A stretch of 63,475 nucleotides of DNA, counting the filler, from Octopus bimaculoides (lineage: Eukaryota): NCBI RefSeq assembly GCF_001194135.2. It is 5 parts of 5 records of this genome, joined end to end, with 100 filler letters (N's around TTAATTAATTAA, not from the genome) between each part and the next. Parts side by side here need not be neighbours in the genome. Positions count along the whole stretch, not along the records: positions 1 to 29,263 come from NC_068984.1; 4 more parts are not named here. One strand, 5' to 3'. Below, piece after piece: positions 1 through 13,085 of this stretch. Position 1 is the stretch's first letter. Every line of letters begins with the position of its first letter. Made by a program: the position numbers and the translations under genes. A model generated the notes under the pieces. That model made no database searches. It saw only the letters and a program-made list of their open reading frames with translations, and was not told the origin of the DNA.

Positions 1-41
<41 letters not shown>

Positions 42-339
42 CCAACCGCTTGACAACCGCTAACAACCGCTGCTGGTGAATTTACGTCCCTGCAGCCCAG
101 AGGTTCGGCGTAATAAACGAACAGAGTAAGTACCAGATTTAAGAAAACACGTACTGGGGTTGATCCGTTCGTCTGAAATTCTTCAAGGTGGTGCTCCAGC
201 ATGACCGTACTCTAATGACTGGAGCAAGCAAAAGAGTAAAATAGTTTAAAGTCGAACTTAGTCGTGTCGCCAATGGAACAACTTTGAAAGGAAACCTGTT
301 CTCTATACGCACAAATATTTTTATTCTTTGATCTTTATT

Positions 340-690
340 TGTTGCACACGTTCACAGACACCTACAAATATACACGCGTCCCTCGTTCAGGTCTAACGAC
401 CCTCCATGTTTATTTTCGTTCGGTGCCCCTGTATGTCACCGCTGTCCTGTTTTTGCTCCTAACTTTGACCCTCCATAAATCCCAAATTTTATATTGGTAT
501 TTATGGGAGCAACTGTCTCCGAAGACTCGTATTGTCGTCGATTGCTCGAAATGGGGAGTAGATAGACAGCCGACGACTGATGAAAAGTCATTCTTTGCAT
601 TACTTGTCCTTTTTCTTCTCTCGTTATTTGCGTTTTTAACTCATGTGTTTTCGTATTTCATGTTGTTTGCTGTTGGTGACGTCTTGTACG
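340..690 (+). mobile_element. Probable Penelope-type terminal repeat (related pieces at 3165-3285 + and about 6185-6400 -)
   Basis: Shares gagtaga..acagccgac.actgatgaaa.gtc..acttgtcc with 3165-3285, which abuts a PLE coding remnant. Degenerate hammerhead-like core at 510-571. Confidence 0.45.
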
Positions 691-1679
691 CATATATGCA
701 TATGTATGCGTGTGTGTATGTGTGTGTGTGTATGTGTGTGTGTGTACATATAAATATATATTATTTATATACATACATATATACATACATACATACATAC
801 GTATATATATATACATACATATATATATATATANNNNNNNNNNNNNNNNNNNNNNNNNNNNNNNNNNNNNNNNNNNNNNNNNNNNNNNNNNNNNNNNNNN
901 NNNNNNNNNNNNNNNNNNNNNNNNNNNNNNNNNNNNNNNNNNNNNNNNNNNNNNNNNNNNNNNNNNNNNNNNNNNNNNNNNNNNNNNNNNNNNNNNNNNN
1001 NNNNNNNNNNNNNNNNNNNNNNNNNNNNNNNNNNNNNNNNNNNNNNNNNNNNNNNNNNNNNNNNNNNNNNNNNNNNNNNNNNNNNNNNNNNNNNNNNNNN
1101 NNNNNNNNNNNNNNNNNNNNNNNNNNNNNNNNNNNNNNNNNNNNNNNNNNNNNNNNNNNNNNNNNNNNNNNNNNNNNNNNNNNNNNNNNNNNNNNNNNNN
1201 NNNNNNNNNNNNNNNNNNNNNNNNNNNNNNNNNNNNNNNNNNNNNNNNNNNNNNNNNNNNNNNNNNNNNNNNNNNNNNNNNNNNNNNNNNNNNNNNNNNN
1301 NNNNNNNNNNNNNNNNNNNNNNNNNNNNNNNNNNNNNNNNNNNNNNNNNNNNNNNNNNNNNNNNNNNNNNNNNNNNNNNNNNNNNNNNNNNNNNNNNNNN
1401 NNNNNNNNNNNNNNNNNNNNNNNNNNNNNNNNNNNNNNNNNNNNNNNNNNNNNNNNNNNNNNNNNNNNNNNNNNNNNNNNNNNNNNNNNNNNNNNNNNNN
1501 NNNNNNNNNNNNNNNNNNNNNNNNNNNNNNNNNNNNNNNNNNNNNNNNNNNNNNNNNNNNNNNNNNNNNNNNNNNNNNNNNNNNNNNNNNNNNNNNNNNN
1601 NNNNNNNNNNNNNNNNNNNATATATATATATATATATACATATATATAATATAATATGATATATAATATATATATATAC

Positions 1680-2072
1680 ACTCTTTTCTTATTTGTTTCA
1701 ATCATTTGACTGCAGCCATGCTGGAGCACCGCCTTTAATCGTACAAATCGACGCGAGGACTTATTCTTTATAAGCCGAGTACTTATTCTATCGGTTTCTT
1801 TTGCCGAACAGCTAAGTTACGGGGTCCTAAATACACCAGCATCGGTTCTCAAGCGATGGCGAGGGGACAAACGTAGATAAATATATATACGCACATACAC
1901 ATATATATACGACGAGCTTCTTTCAGTTTCCGTCTACCAAACCCACTCACAAGGCTATGGTTAGCCTGAGGCTATAGTAGAAGACACTTGCCTAAGGTGC
2001 CAATCAGTGGAACTGAAACTGGAACCATATGGTTGGTAAGCAAGCTACTTACCACACAGCAACTCCTACACC
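1680..2072 (-). mobile_element. SINE family A, full bipartite copy
   Basis: tRNA-like head (tgtggtaagtagcttgcttacc...ggttcc.gttcagtcc), internal microsatellite, 3' module ending gaaacaaataagaaaagag. Confidence 0.85.
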
Positions 2073-2097
2073 TATAATATATATGCATATATCTACG

Positions 2098-2153
<56 letters not shown>

Positions 2154-2729
2154 TGCATATATATATAAATATACGTGTTTATGTCAGTGCGCATGGCTGT
2201 GAGTATGTGTGTACCTCTAAAATGTATAAGATTATGTATATATACAAATATACACAGAAGCAAATACAGGGCGTAGCCGAAGATATTTGTTCAACTTTGA
2301 CACACAACCCATTCACTGTGTCCTCCGTAGTGAATAACACTGACACACCTGACTAACTTTTGTCTTATCTCATTTCCATTTTAATTAAGTACATTCGCGA
2401 GCGAGAAAGCGAATGTTTTACCGATGATGTCACTTGTGACAGAGACGAGTGTAGCACTAAAGTCTCCTTGGACAAAATCCCCATAGTTAAAGTGTGAGAG
2501 TTGACAAAAGCCCCACGGTTATATTTTTCAGTTATTTATTTATTTTTTTTCCCCTTCCATTTGTTTCATTCATTAGACTATGACCATGGTGGGACACTGC
2601 CTTAAAGTATTTTTAGTTGAACGTATCGACGCCAGAATATTTTTTCTATTTTTACTTGTTGCAGTTATTAGACTGTGGCCATGCTGGGGCACCACCTTGA
2701 AGAATTTACAGGGTTGGTCAGTTTCCTTC

Positions 2730-3160
2730 CTGTCTCCCCAATGTAGTTTTCATTGCATTGTGGACATGTGATGCAGTAGATGAGGTGTTTTCGTTTTGCA
2801 ATTCATGTTTGCATTCACTTTTAATTCCTTCCCATTCTTGAGTCTTTTGGTTGTCCCTTGCTCAATTCATTCGCATGTCCCGCTCCGTGTGTCTCCACAG
2901 CTGGTTACTTGCACCGTTTCTTTCTCAAATGTGAATCTCGCCTTGGAGTCTCTTGAAGTTAGGTGACTGTCTTCGACTGTTGATAATTTGTGAATTTCCA
3001 CTTAATCGCTGGTGATTTGGTGATTGATGTAGAATTGTGAGGTATCGTTTGACTGTGAGGTATCGTTTGTATTTTTATTTTCACACCTAGCTTGAGTATT
3101 TCTCCGTAAGGTAGAGATCGGCATTTCCTTTGCTATTGTTATGGTATGTTGAATTAACTC
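2730..3160 (-). mobile_element. Penelope-like GIY-YIG remnant, frameshifted
   Basis: Minus strand HLIYCITCPQCNENYIGET, preceded by RQSPNFKRL and CGDTRSGTC-like segments. Confidence 0.75.
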
Positions 3161-4041
3161 GGGATATTTTTTTTCTCTGAAGGAGAGTAGACATACAGCC
3201 GACAACTGATGAAAGGTCCTTTCTCTGTGTTAACTTGTCCTGATTTCCATTTTTTCTCGTTGTTTACGAATTTCACTAGTTTTCCCCATACATACATACA
3301 TACATACATACATACATACATACACACATATGTACATGCAAACATTCTTCATCAAAGGGCCGCAACCGAAATACGTTCCGCCACGCAGTGGCAGGCATTT
3401 CTCTCACCACCACCCATTAGCTTTGGTAGTTTCTCAGTTTCATGCTGCCTGTTTAGCATTTGTTTCTTTTTCTGAAATTTGGTGAAAGGGCGGGTGGGGG
3501 GACTAATCGATTATGATGGCCCCACGACTTAACTGGTAATTATTTGATCGACCTCAAAAGGAAGAAAACACAAAGTTGATCACAGCGGAATTTCAACAGT
3601 GAAACCGGAAGAAATACTGCCAAGCGTTTTGTCGGGCGTGGTAATGGTTCTGCTGGTTCCCAGCGGTCCGTCGCAGGATTACTCATTTTTGACAGCTAAG
3701 TGGACTGGAGCAACGTGAAATGAAGTGTTTGGATCAAGATCACAACGCATCGCCCGGTCCCGGAATCGAAGCCAAAATCTTACGATCATGTGAGCAACAC
3801 CCTAACCACTAACCCATGCGTATCCACACACACACACATATTTATGTATGTTCTCATTCTCTTTTTAATTTAGAGTAAACTTTCTCTGGCCAACAATTTG
3901 GTAGAAATGTTGTGAAGGAAAGCATTTTGTTTTGGTCATCATCGTATAAATCTTAAGTTCTTGTAATTTCTTTTTGTAGTTCCAGTTATCCTGATCATAT
4001 GTAATGTATGAATTCAGGATTTGCATCCTCTCCCCATGACC

Positions 4042-4091
<50 letters not shown>

Positions 4092-4159
4092 GTCTGTCTG
4101 TCTGTCTGCCTGTCTGCCTGTCTGCCTGTCTGTCTGTCTGTCTATCAATCTATCTCCTA

Positions 4160-4216
<57 letters not shown>

Positions 4217-5584
4217 AGCACCGTGTATGTATGTATGTATGTATATATGTCATGTGACTATAAATATTTGTACGATGACTTGAAGAAAAACCTCCATATT
4301 TTGTGTAATACATTGCGTAATATTTGCCCCTCTGAGTTAATTAATCACTTGTTACCCTTTTCTTTAAAAATGCATTGAACCTCTCTCTAATTGGCTCGTT
4401 GGAAAACTGCATACAACAACACAGCTATTTACTATTTGCCACCTAAAATTTATATAGGCTTTGTAAAAGAAGTATATCTACCTCTTATGAGGATCGAAAC
4501 TGGATTTCAAAATCAACGTATCTGGAATTGAATTCGTTCAATTTACGTTGGTGTATTGTTCAATATTTGATTTCGTTTCGTTTCTCATCTCCAATTTTAT
4601 CATTTAGCATTTACTCTCCATTTGAACATTTGTTGATTACGGGTTTCTTTGCCGTCTTTTAACAGAAACGAACGCACACATGTATATGCGTATATATATA
4701 TATGTGTATATTCATACACACATACATTCATATATACGTATACACATATACATATATACGTATATGTGTCTGTGTCTGCGTGCATGCGTGTGTGCGTGTG
4801 TCTGTGTTGCATAACTATGTATACTGCGCCTCTATAGATTTGTAGATTGTATCGGAACTTTCGCCAATATTTATCAAGTGTTGTCAGAAATCAATATAAA
4901 TTACAACTGTAAGAAATCGATACCTATTGAGTCTATTTTTAAGATGTCTTCTCCCAGTTTCTGACGAACCATAAAATGGCGGAGAACAGTGCATCCTCTC
5001 TAACTTATATTGGAAATTTTATATTTCGTGCTGAAATAAAAGAGAACGTTCATAAGCACATCAGGCAGTTATTAGATGATTCATAATATGGAAATATCGA
5101 CTAGATATGTAATATCAAAACACTGATAATATTTCATAATGTTACAAACATGGCCAACAGCATACAAGATAATATGAAATCAAGGGTTTCAAATCTACGC
5201 CACTAGAAATTACAACAAAAGCGAAAAATGTAATCACTTGCGAAATGCAATATTTCTCTCTTTCTTTAGCCCTTACTCCTCTCTCTCTTTCCTTCTCTCA
5301 CCCTCTCTCTCTTTCTGTGTTTGTCTGTCGAAACTGATCGTCTGTCTGTCTGTCTGTCTGACTGTGTGTCTCCTCACCCATCTCTCTTTTTTTGCTTCTC
5401 TCACTAAATCATTGACGTATAAAGAGAGGAAGGGACTCATTTGGGTGTGTCAAGTGTGTGAGTTATGATATAGAAAACGTATTATATGACAATTGTGTGA
5501 AGGTACGTACGCGTAGGTGTCCACGAAGCTGGAGTGCCTGAATGAATATCTATCTATCTATGTGTGTGGGTGTATGGGTGTGTT

Positions 5585-5637
<53 letters not shown>

Positions 5638-5845
5638 GATTAGTTGAGTCACCGGTTAGCTTACAATCAAAGAAATGACTCACAACTGTAATACGTCAAG
5701 AATTAATCTTTTGCATATTAAATTATTTCATTGTAAGCAGCAGTTGGTTTCAGACTTCATGCATGCGTACGTACATACATACATACTTGAATGCACACAT
5801 AAATACATATATGTGCGCACGTATGTCTGTATGTATGTGTATAAG

Positions 5846-6147
5846 TGAAGGCGTGTGGCTTAATGGTTAAGGTGCGTTCGATTCCTGCTGGCGCGTCGTG
5901 TCCTTGAGCAAGACACTTTATTTCACGTTGCTCCAGTCCACACAGTGGCAAAAATTAGTAGTATCTGTAATTCAAGGAGCCAGCCCTGTCACATTCTGTG
6001 TCACACTGAACCTACTCGAGTACTACATTAAAAGTTTGCATGTCTGTGGAGCTGGCTCGGCCACTTGCATCACGTTAATATTACAATCAAGCTGTTCTGC
6101 TGATCGAATCAACTGGAAACCTCCTTGTGGTAACCGACTGAGTACTA
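5846..6147 (+). mobile_element. SINE family C
   Basis: Head gtgaaggcgtgtggcttaatggttaagg..ttcgattcc, then gtgtccttgagcaagacact. Tail shared with 11170-11490 and 23498-23882. Fragment at 3660-3815. Confidence 0.8.
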
Positions 6148-6148
6148 C

Positions 6149-6181
<33 letters not shown>

Positions 6182-6474
6182 GGAACAAAAATGCAATAGA
6201 GGACAATAAAACATTCAGACAGTTAGACCATACAAAGGCGGACAGGAGAAACAACAATTAAGACAAGCAAAAAAGACGGGTCATTCGTGGACTTCTTTCA
6301 TCAGTCAAGTTTACCAGAAGTCCTTACTCTTTCGAACAGTTACATTTGAGACAGCTCAATCTGGTTGCTCACCAAAAAGTCTAAGCTAAGAGCACTAGTT
6401 TTTTTAGTAAGAATGCTAGCGAATGTGTACGGCAACAAAGACAAAAAACGGCGAACATGGTACGCAAAAGGTGC

Positions 6475-6765
6475 TGTTGGTGTCATTTGGCGTCTATTTT
6501 CAGCCCGTGGAGAAGCATAATGCCAACACTTGTTATAATTATGTATATAATTATCATAATATTTGTAAAATTTACCTATAAGGTTTTTATTTTCGCGCTG
6601 GCCTCCTGATAAAATCATTAATGATTTTATCCATTATTATATAATTAATATAGGAAAAAATTTCACACTTGTTCAAAGTTGCTTTCACTGCAGTATTACT
6701 GTTATATATATAACACGTGGTTGAAGATAAAGATGGGAATTCTACTTTACTGTATATTTTTGCAA

Positions 6766-6803
<38 letters not shown>

Positions 6804-7163
6804 GTACGATGTCGCTGATCGTATACGTATGTGTAAATACTTGTAAATTTATGCTAAAGAATAACAGTGCTGAAGGTAGCAGTAGGTATAATTTTTTTAC
6901 ATTAAGCTTGAAACGAGATCTTGTACACGTTTAACCAAAAGTTCAATTAATTATCTCTCTTTTGCTCGGCTACAGTCTATGTTTTTCGGGAGTTTTTTAA
7001 GATGGTGTTGGTGTCATTTGGCGTCTATTTTCTGCGCGTGGAGAAGCATAATACCAATCCCTTGATATGATTATGTATATAATTTTGATAATATTTGTAA
7101 AATTTACCTATAAGGCTTTTATTTCCGCGCTGGCCTCATGATAAAATCATTAATGATTTTATC
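6475..7163. repeat. Two direct repeats of about 160 bp (6475-6632, 7006-7164), each ending in a 24-bp perfect palindrome
   Basis: gataaaatcattaatgattttatc at 6608-6631 and 7140-7163. Confidence 0.85.
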
Positions 7164-7229
7164 CTTTATTATATATATATATGAGAAGAGAACATGAAAA
7201 GACAGACATAGTACTCAGGAGAACCGTTT

Positions 7230-7465
7230 GAAGATGAAGAATCCGAGAAGCTCTCCTAAATCCAAACTTAATGGACCAAAGATCTTAAAGCCTGAGGAGA
7301 AACATGCCATCAAGCTAATGAGAAAATATAAAGCTCTAGGACCAGATACAATAACATGTAAAATATTAGAAGCACCAGACGATTATGACAGACACAAACT
7401 CATTGACCTCTTCAACGATATCTATGAGTCGAGAGACCTCTCTAATGATTTCAAAACAACGGTAG
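7230..7465 (+). mobile_element. Non-LTR retrotransposon RT N-terminal fragment
   Basis: EEKHAIKLMRKYKALGPDTIT..ILE..LIDLFNDIYESRDLSNDFKTTV resembles the RT domain-0 K..KA.GPD.I motif. Confidence 0.7.
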
Positions 7466-8865
7466 TTCTTAATGTTTATATATCTGATTTCAAATTTTGG
7501 CACAAGGCTAGCAATTTGTGGAGCGGGGGTAGGTCAGTTACATCGACCCCTGTGCTCTACTGGTACTTATTTTATCGACTTCGAAAGCAATGAAAAACAA
7601 ACTCTACTTCGGTGATTAATGTTTATATATTGATACGTGTATATGTATAATCTTGTTCAATACAAAACACAATTTTAGATTAAAGCCGTAACCGAGGACC
7701 TCAATATGTAGCGTTCGATTGAAAATATATGGTCTAGCTATTTTTTATCTTCGTCAAACGTTTTTCTTTTATCAAACGATAAATTTTTATTACTCACTTA
7801 AAGTGAATGTTCTGTTAGAACACAGAATACTGCCTTGTTTACCACAAGAGAACCTCTCATTTGGACTTGTGGTGCATAACACAATATTTTGAGTTCTCAA
7901 ACAACATCCACTTTAAATGGGAGATAAATATTACCCATTGGGATTAATACTGTTTCTGTCGCTATTAATTATTGTCTTTTTTCTTTAGCCCTTGGTCATA
8001 CTCGATCACTCAAACGCTATGATCACAAATGGTATAAAAATGAAAATCTTCATGTTTTTTTACATGTTTGGTATTTTATTTAAGGTTACATTATCAAATA
8101 TTTTATTGTCTCTCAAACGCCATTTTTTTTTAGAACGGCAGGGTGTGAGCAAGCTCTTATTTCTAGCGGATTTGTCGACCACATAGAGACTTTGCTCATT
8201 GGCTCCTACAACAATCTTTTTTCAACCAATGCCGTATGATGACAACAAGGTTAAAATGTTAATATAGCTAAAATCTCAATAGATATTGGTTGTTTATATA
8301 TAGAATCTAACCGTGGCAACTCTGCCGAATACACACAAATATTTACCATTGAAATTTCTTCTCGCCTTCACCTCTGGGTTCATCTAACCAAATTTTATTG
8401 GTAGCTGCCATATTTGTTATTGTATAACTTAATGCCTTTTGTTTTCCGCAAAATCTAATATTATTTGCATTTCAAAATATCATTGTAATAATAGTAGTAG
8501 TAGTAATAATAGTAGTAGTAGTGGCGTTGAATGATGGTAGTAGTCGCTTTTGCATTCTCTTGTTTTGGTATTAGCATCGAATCGGTTTTGACCATAGAGA
8601 ACTCAGGCACAGGAAAACGTACTTCTCCCCACTATGAATATACATCTTTATGTATATATATATATGTGTGTGTGTGTATTCATGTGTATGTGCGTGCGCG
8701 CGTGCACGTGCATGCATAATTTGCTTATTGTCATGTGGGAATCTATTTTTAGTGCATTCATCTCGAATAGATTAGCCACACAGCAACGAATTCTCAGAAC
8801 AAAACTTAAGCCTGGTTTACATGATTCAAAGTGCGCGCATGCGTGTGTGTATATATATATATATA

Positions 8866-8918
<53 letters not shown>

Positions 8919-8963
8919 GTATGCACTCACACACACACACACACACACACACACAGGCACATA

Positions 8964-9240
8964 CATATAGGCTCAGGCGTAGCTACATGGTAAGAAGATT
9001 GATTCCCAACCACGTAATATCCTGTTCAGTCCCACTGCGTTAGCTGACCAAAGCCTTGTGAGTGGATTTGGTAGAGCGGAAACTGAAAGAAGCCTGTCGT
9101 ATGTGTGTATATATGTGTGTGTCTGTGTTTGCCCCACCACCACTTTATCGATTGAATAAGTACGAGGTTTAACAGAAAAACTAGTACTAGGGTGGATTCA
9201 TTCGACAAAAAATTCTTTAAAGTGGTGTCCCAGCATGGTC
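8964..9240 (+). mobile_element. SINE family A, degraded
   Basis: Head and partial 3' module. Confidence 0.75.
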
Positions 9241-9294
9241 ACATATATATGTGTGTGATGTGTGTATATAAAATTAGAAATATTTGCTTTTCTA

Positions 9295-9334
<40 letters not shown>

Positions 9335-10725
9335 NNNNNNNNNNNNNNNNNNNNNNNNNNNNNNNNNNNNNNNNNNNNNNNNNNNNNNNNNNNNNNNNNN
9401 NNNNNNNNNNNNNNNNNNNNNNNNNNNNNNNNNNNNNNNNNNNNNNNNTATAGGGAGAGAGAGAGAGAGAGAGAGAGAGAGGGAAGCGCAAAATGAATGA
9501 ATATCTAAGAAGTTCGCTTCGCAGCCTCGCGTTTCCGAGTTCTATCCTGCTGTGTGGCATCTTGGAGAAATGTCTCCCCATTTTCGGATCAGCCCATATT
9601 TTGTGAGTGAAATCGGGTAGAGTTGGAAACTGTATAAGAAGCCTGTCAGTTTGAGTGTATCTGTTTTTCAAAAGTTTACTGCCTTGTCATTCCCCTATGT
9701 TACACTGATTGTGCAGCAACTCGCACGTTAATTCAGGAGCAGGTAATTCAGTTGAGTGAATAACTGAATTATCATCGCCGAACGACGGGAATCCACCAGA
9801 GACAGAAAGAGAGATAGATAAATAGATAGATAGATCGATAGAGAGATCAAGAGAGAAAGAAAGAAATGAGTAGAATAATATTGGTTTCAAGTTTTGGCAC
9901 AAGGATAGCAATTTCAACGGAGGGTGTAAGTCGATTACATCGACCCCAATGCTCATCTGGTACTTAATTTATTTACTCGTAAAGAATGAAAGGCTAAGTC
10001 AACCTTGGTGGAATTTGAACTCAGAACATAAAGACAGACGGAAAGCCGCTATGCATTTTACTCGGCGTGGTAACGATTCTGCCAGCTTATCGCTTCAATA
10101 AGTAGATTAATATCGATATATGTGTGTCTTAAGCATCACCCTGCATAGAAGCGTTAGGTCTCTCTATTGTCTATCGCTTGCTTTCTTTGTCTTCAAACAA
10201 ATCGCCATATTTCTTTAACAGAAGGCCTTGTTCTATTAAATAGGTATTTCAACTTGTCAACCCATCAAATCTCTTAATGCTATTTCTCCATTCAAACCAG
10301 ATTAACTGATGGTAGTTGAATTTATATATTTTGATTTCAGTCAATGCAGATCTATTCATTGTTAGCCGGAAATTCATGAAATATTCTGTGCTGAGAAGGT
10401 AAAGCATTAGATAATTGTGCAACATATTTCTAGAGCTATCTGCCTTACTTCCTAACCTAACAAAGATATTATATTTAGTAAACTTTCACATCTTTTCGCT
10501 TTTCTGCTTGGTTTCATCTTCGATTTTAGTTTCATTCACGCAAGTCTATTCAATGACAAGTACTTTCATTCGAGCGTCGGGGTATAAAATTGGTTTCTGC
10601 TCCTGTATTGTCGAAGTTTATAAACTGAAATAACTTCAAATCTTCCTGTTTTATCAGACTTTCTTTTCCTTGTCATAGCTTCTCTTTCTGTTTCAACATC
10701 TCGATTTCAAAACCGTATTTATATA

Positions 10726-10978
10726 TCGTTGCTATTATGTTAAAGCTTCGTATGTCCAAATTTGGCCAAATGCGTATTTTTTTTTTCAATATTTATTTTT
10801 GCTTGCAATAGTCGGTTCTTTTGGCCAAACTATTGTATCTCCAGCTGCTTCAGATGCCAAGATAGGAAAAATTGTGGAAGTGTAACACAACGGTTTCGCT
10901 ATGGAACGGTGAAACTATTTTTTGTTTTCTGAAAAAGCAACATATTGGACATACGACACTTTTACATAATAGCAACGA
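10726..10978. mobile_element. 253-bp MITE with 34-bp TIRs and TA flanks
   Basis: TIRs 10726-10759 and 10945-10978 (31 of 34 match). Right-half copy at 41105-41223 also ends gcaacga|TA. Confidence 0.8.
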
Positions 10979-11169
10979 TAGATATTCCTTAATCACTTCA
11001 TCATTCTTTCGTAGTGCTCTAACGTCTTGAACGTCCCACCCTGCTGATGCTTATTATACAGATATCAAGCGGTAGAAGGAAGTACAAGCGGGACATCGTA
11101 CGTCGAACGTGACAACCTCAATAGTTTAAGAACATTACCCTTCTTTTTACATTCGCCTTAGCCTGGCCC

Positions 11170-11490
11170 TCCAGTGATTACGACGACGAGTGCTTTAGTT
11201 GATCCGATCAACGGAATAGCCTGCTCGTGAAATTAACATGCAAGTGGCTGAGCACTCTACAGACACGTGTACCCTTAACGTAGTTCTCAGGGAGATTCAG
11301 CGAGACATGGAATGTGACAAGGCAGGCCCTTTGAATTACAAGTACAGATCAATTTTGCCAGGTGAATAGACTGGAGCAAGGACAAAAAAGAAATGTGCTT
11401 TACTCAAGGACAGAACGCGCCAGCGGGAATAGAACTCATGACGTTACGATCGTGTGCCGAATACACTAACCACTGAGCCACGCACCTTCA
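11170..11490 (-). mobile_element. SINE family C
   Basis: Head at 11490-11400; tail aligns with the 23510-23680 copy. Confidence 0.8.
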
Positions 11491-11648
11491 CGTACACCTT
11501 AGGCCTAACGAACATCATCCTACAGAAATTCTGAGCCACGCACCTTCACGTACAAGGTAGGCCTAACAAACATCATCCTACAGAAATTCTGAGCCACACA
11601 CCTTTACGTACACCTTAGGCCTAACAAACATCATCCTACAGAAATTCT
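11473..11648 (+). repeat. 58-bp tandem repeat, 3 copies
   Basis: Units start at 11473, 11531 and 11589. Confidence 0.9.
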
Positions 11649-12099
11649 AAGGGAATCACGATTCCTCACTACTCGCAGTGGTAAATATCCGTTTCACCAG
11701 GGACTGATTTGTTGTTTTGTTTTTTTCTTTTGGAAAGTCCCATCCCAGAGCTCGCAGTGATATCATTATTGTTGCATAGCTTGCTTTATCTATTATCTGT
11801 TCCACATAAAATGTTCCTTCTTTGCTCCTCTCCCATATTCATAATTTCATGAAAGGACCTTTGAAGAATATTTCATGCAGTGAAGTATGCCTGTTTTTAA
11901 GGTGTTTATGTTGAATCCTTTACTTTGTAATCGTCTCAGTCATTCGGTTACAAACCTGATAGGCCAACGGACTGTTTTGCCGAAATGCTAAGTTACAGGG
12001 ACATAAACAAAGCAACAGTGGTTGTCAAGCGGTGGGATTCATATATGCATGCATGCACAAATACATACATGCATGCAGACATACATACGTGCATGCATA

Positions 12100-12133
<34 letters not shown>

Positions 12134-12153
12134 CATGTGTATATATATATACA

Positions 12154-12184
<31 letters not shown>

Positions 12185-12718
12185 ATAAATATATACATAT
12201 ACACACACCACAAATACACAAATATACACACACACAAATACACACGCACACACGAACGCACATGTATATATATTATATACAATAGGATTCTACATAGTTT
12301 CCGTTCACCGAATTAACTCACAAAGCATTGGTCGGTCTGGGGCTATAGCAGAAGACGCTTGTCTAAGGTACCGAGCAGTGAAACTGAACCCGAAACCACA
12401 TGGTTGCAAAAAAGCTCCTTAACCACAAAGACACACGTATGCTTATTAAGTAATTTTTGACGCCGCTCACGTGCAGACGGATGGGGTGACATTTTATTTC
12501 ACCAGTCAACTTCCCTGGAGTGCTATATATTTTCTTCTTCATTGAACTCGAAAGGATAAAAAGCAAGACTTGAACTCAGAGCGCAGAAAAGTTGGAACAA
12601 ATATCTCAAATATTCTAGCCAACGTTTTTACGACTTTGTGAATTCGCCACCTCGCTGCATTATCATCATCATCATCATCATCATCATTATTACTATTATT
12701 ATTATTATTATTATTATT

Positions 12719-13085
12719 GAGTGAGAGATTAACAGCACATGACCTTGCAGGTGGGGCCCATTTAAAATATTTCCTTCAGGTCGAGTAGCCCATCCCGCTC
12801 AAAAGGTCCTTGAATAAGGGTTGTTTAAGGATGTTAAACAAAACACCTATGTTTCCAAAGGTGAATTATCCAAACCTCAAAGAATTCCTCTCAACACATG
12901 GCTATGATGCTCCCCCACTACTTCTGCTTGTGATCCGAGATGCACATATCGTCAGCCACCAAGGGACATGCTCAACTGGTTAAGGTCAAATAACTGACAA
13001 GCAAATCTGTGGTTTTAAGTAGAATATTTTCTGTAGCCCATCTTTTATACCAAGACAAGACGATGTACATGATAAAACCTCCAAT
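12719..13085 (-). mobile_element. Short non-coding repeat with (TAA)n tail (second partial copy at 43768-43922)
   Basis: 12910-13060 aligns with 43780-43920. Both copies abut TAA arrays. No ORF or tRNA boxes seen. Confidence 0.65.

Noticed and set aside
4955-4990. CUGACGA plus CCAU/AUGG hairpin as a hammerhead
   Set aside because: No GAAA box and no stem I or III.
11473-11648. CRISPR-like array
   Set aside because: Pure tandem units with no unique spacers, eukaryotic context, no cas genes.
12719-13085. HDV-like ribozyme in the TAA-associated element
   Set aside because: I could not assemble the nested double pseudoknot by eye; left as an open test.
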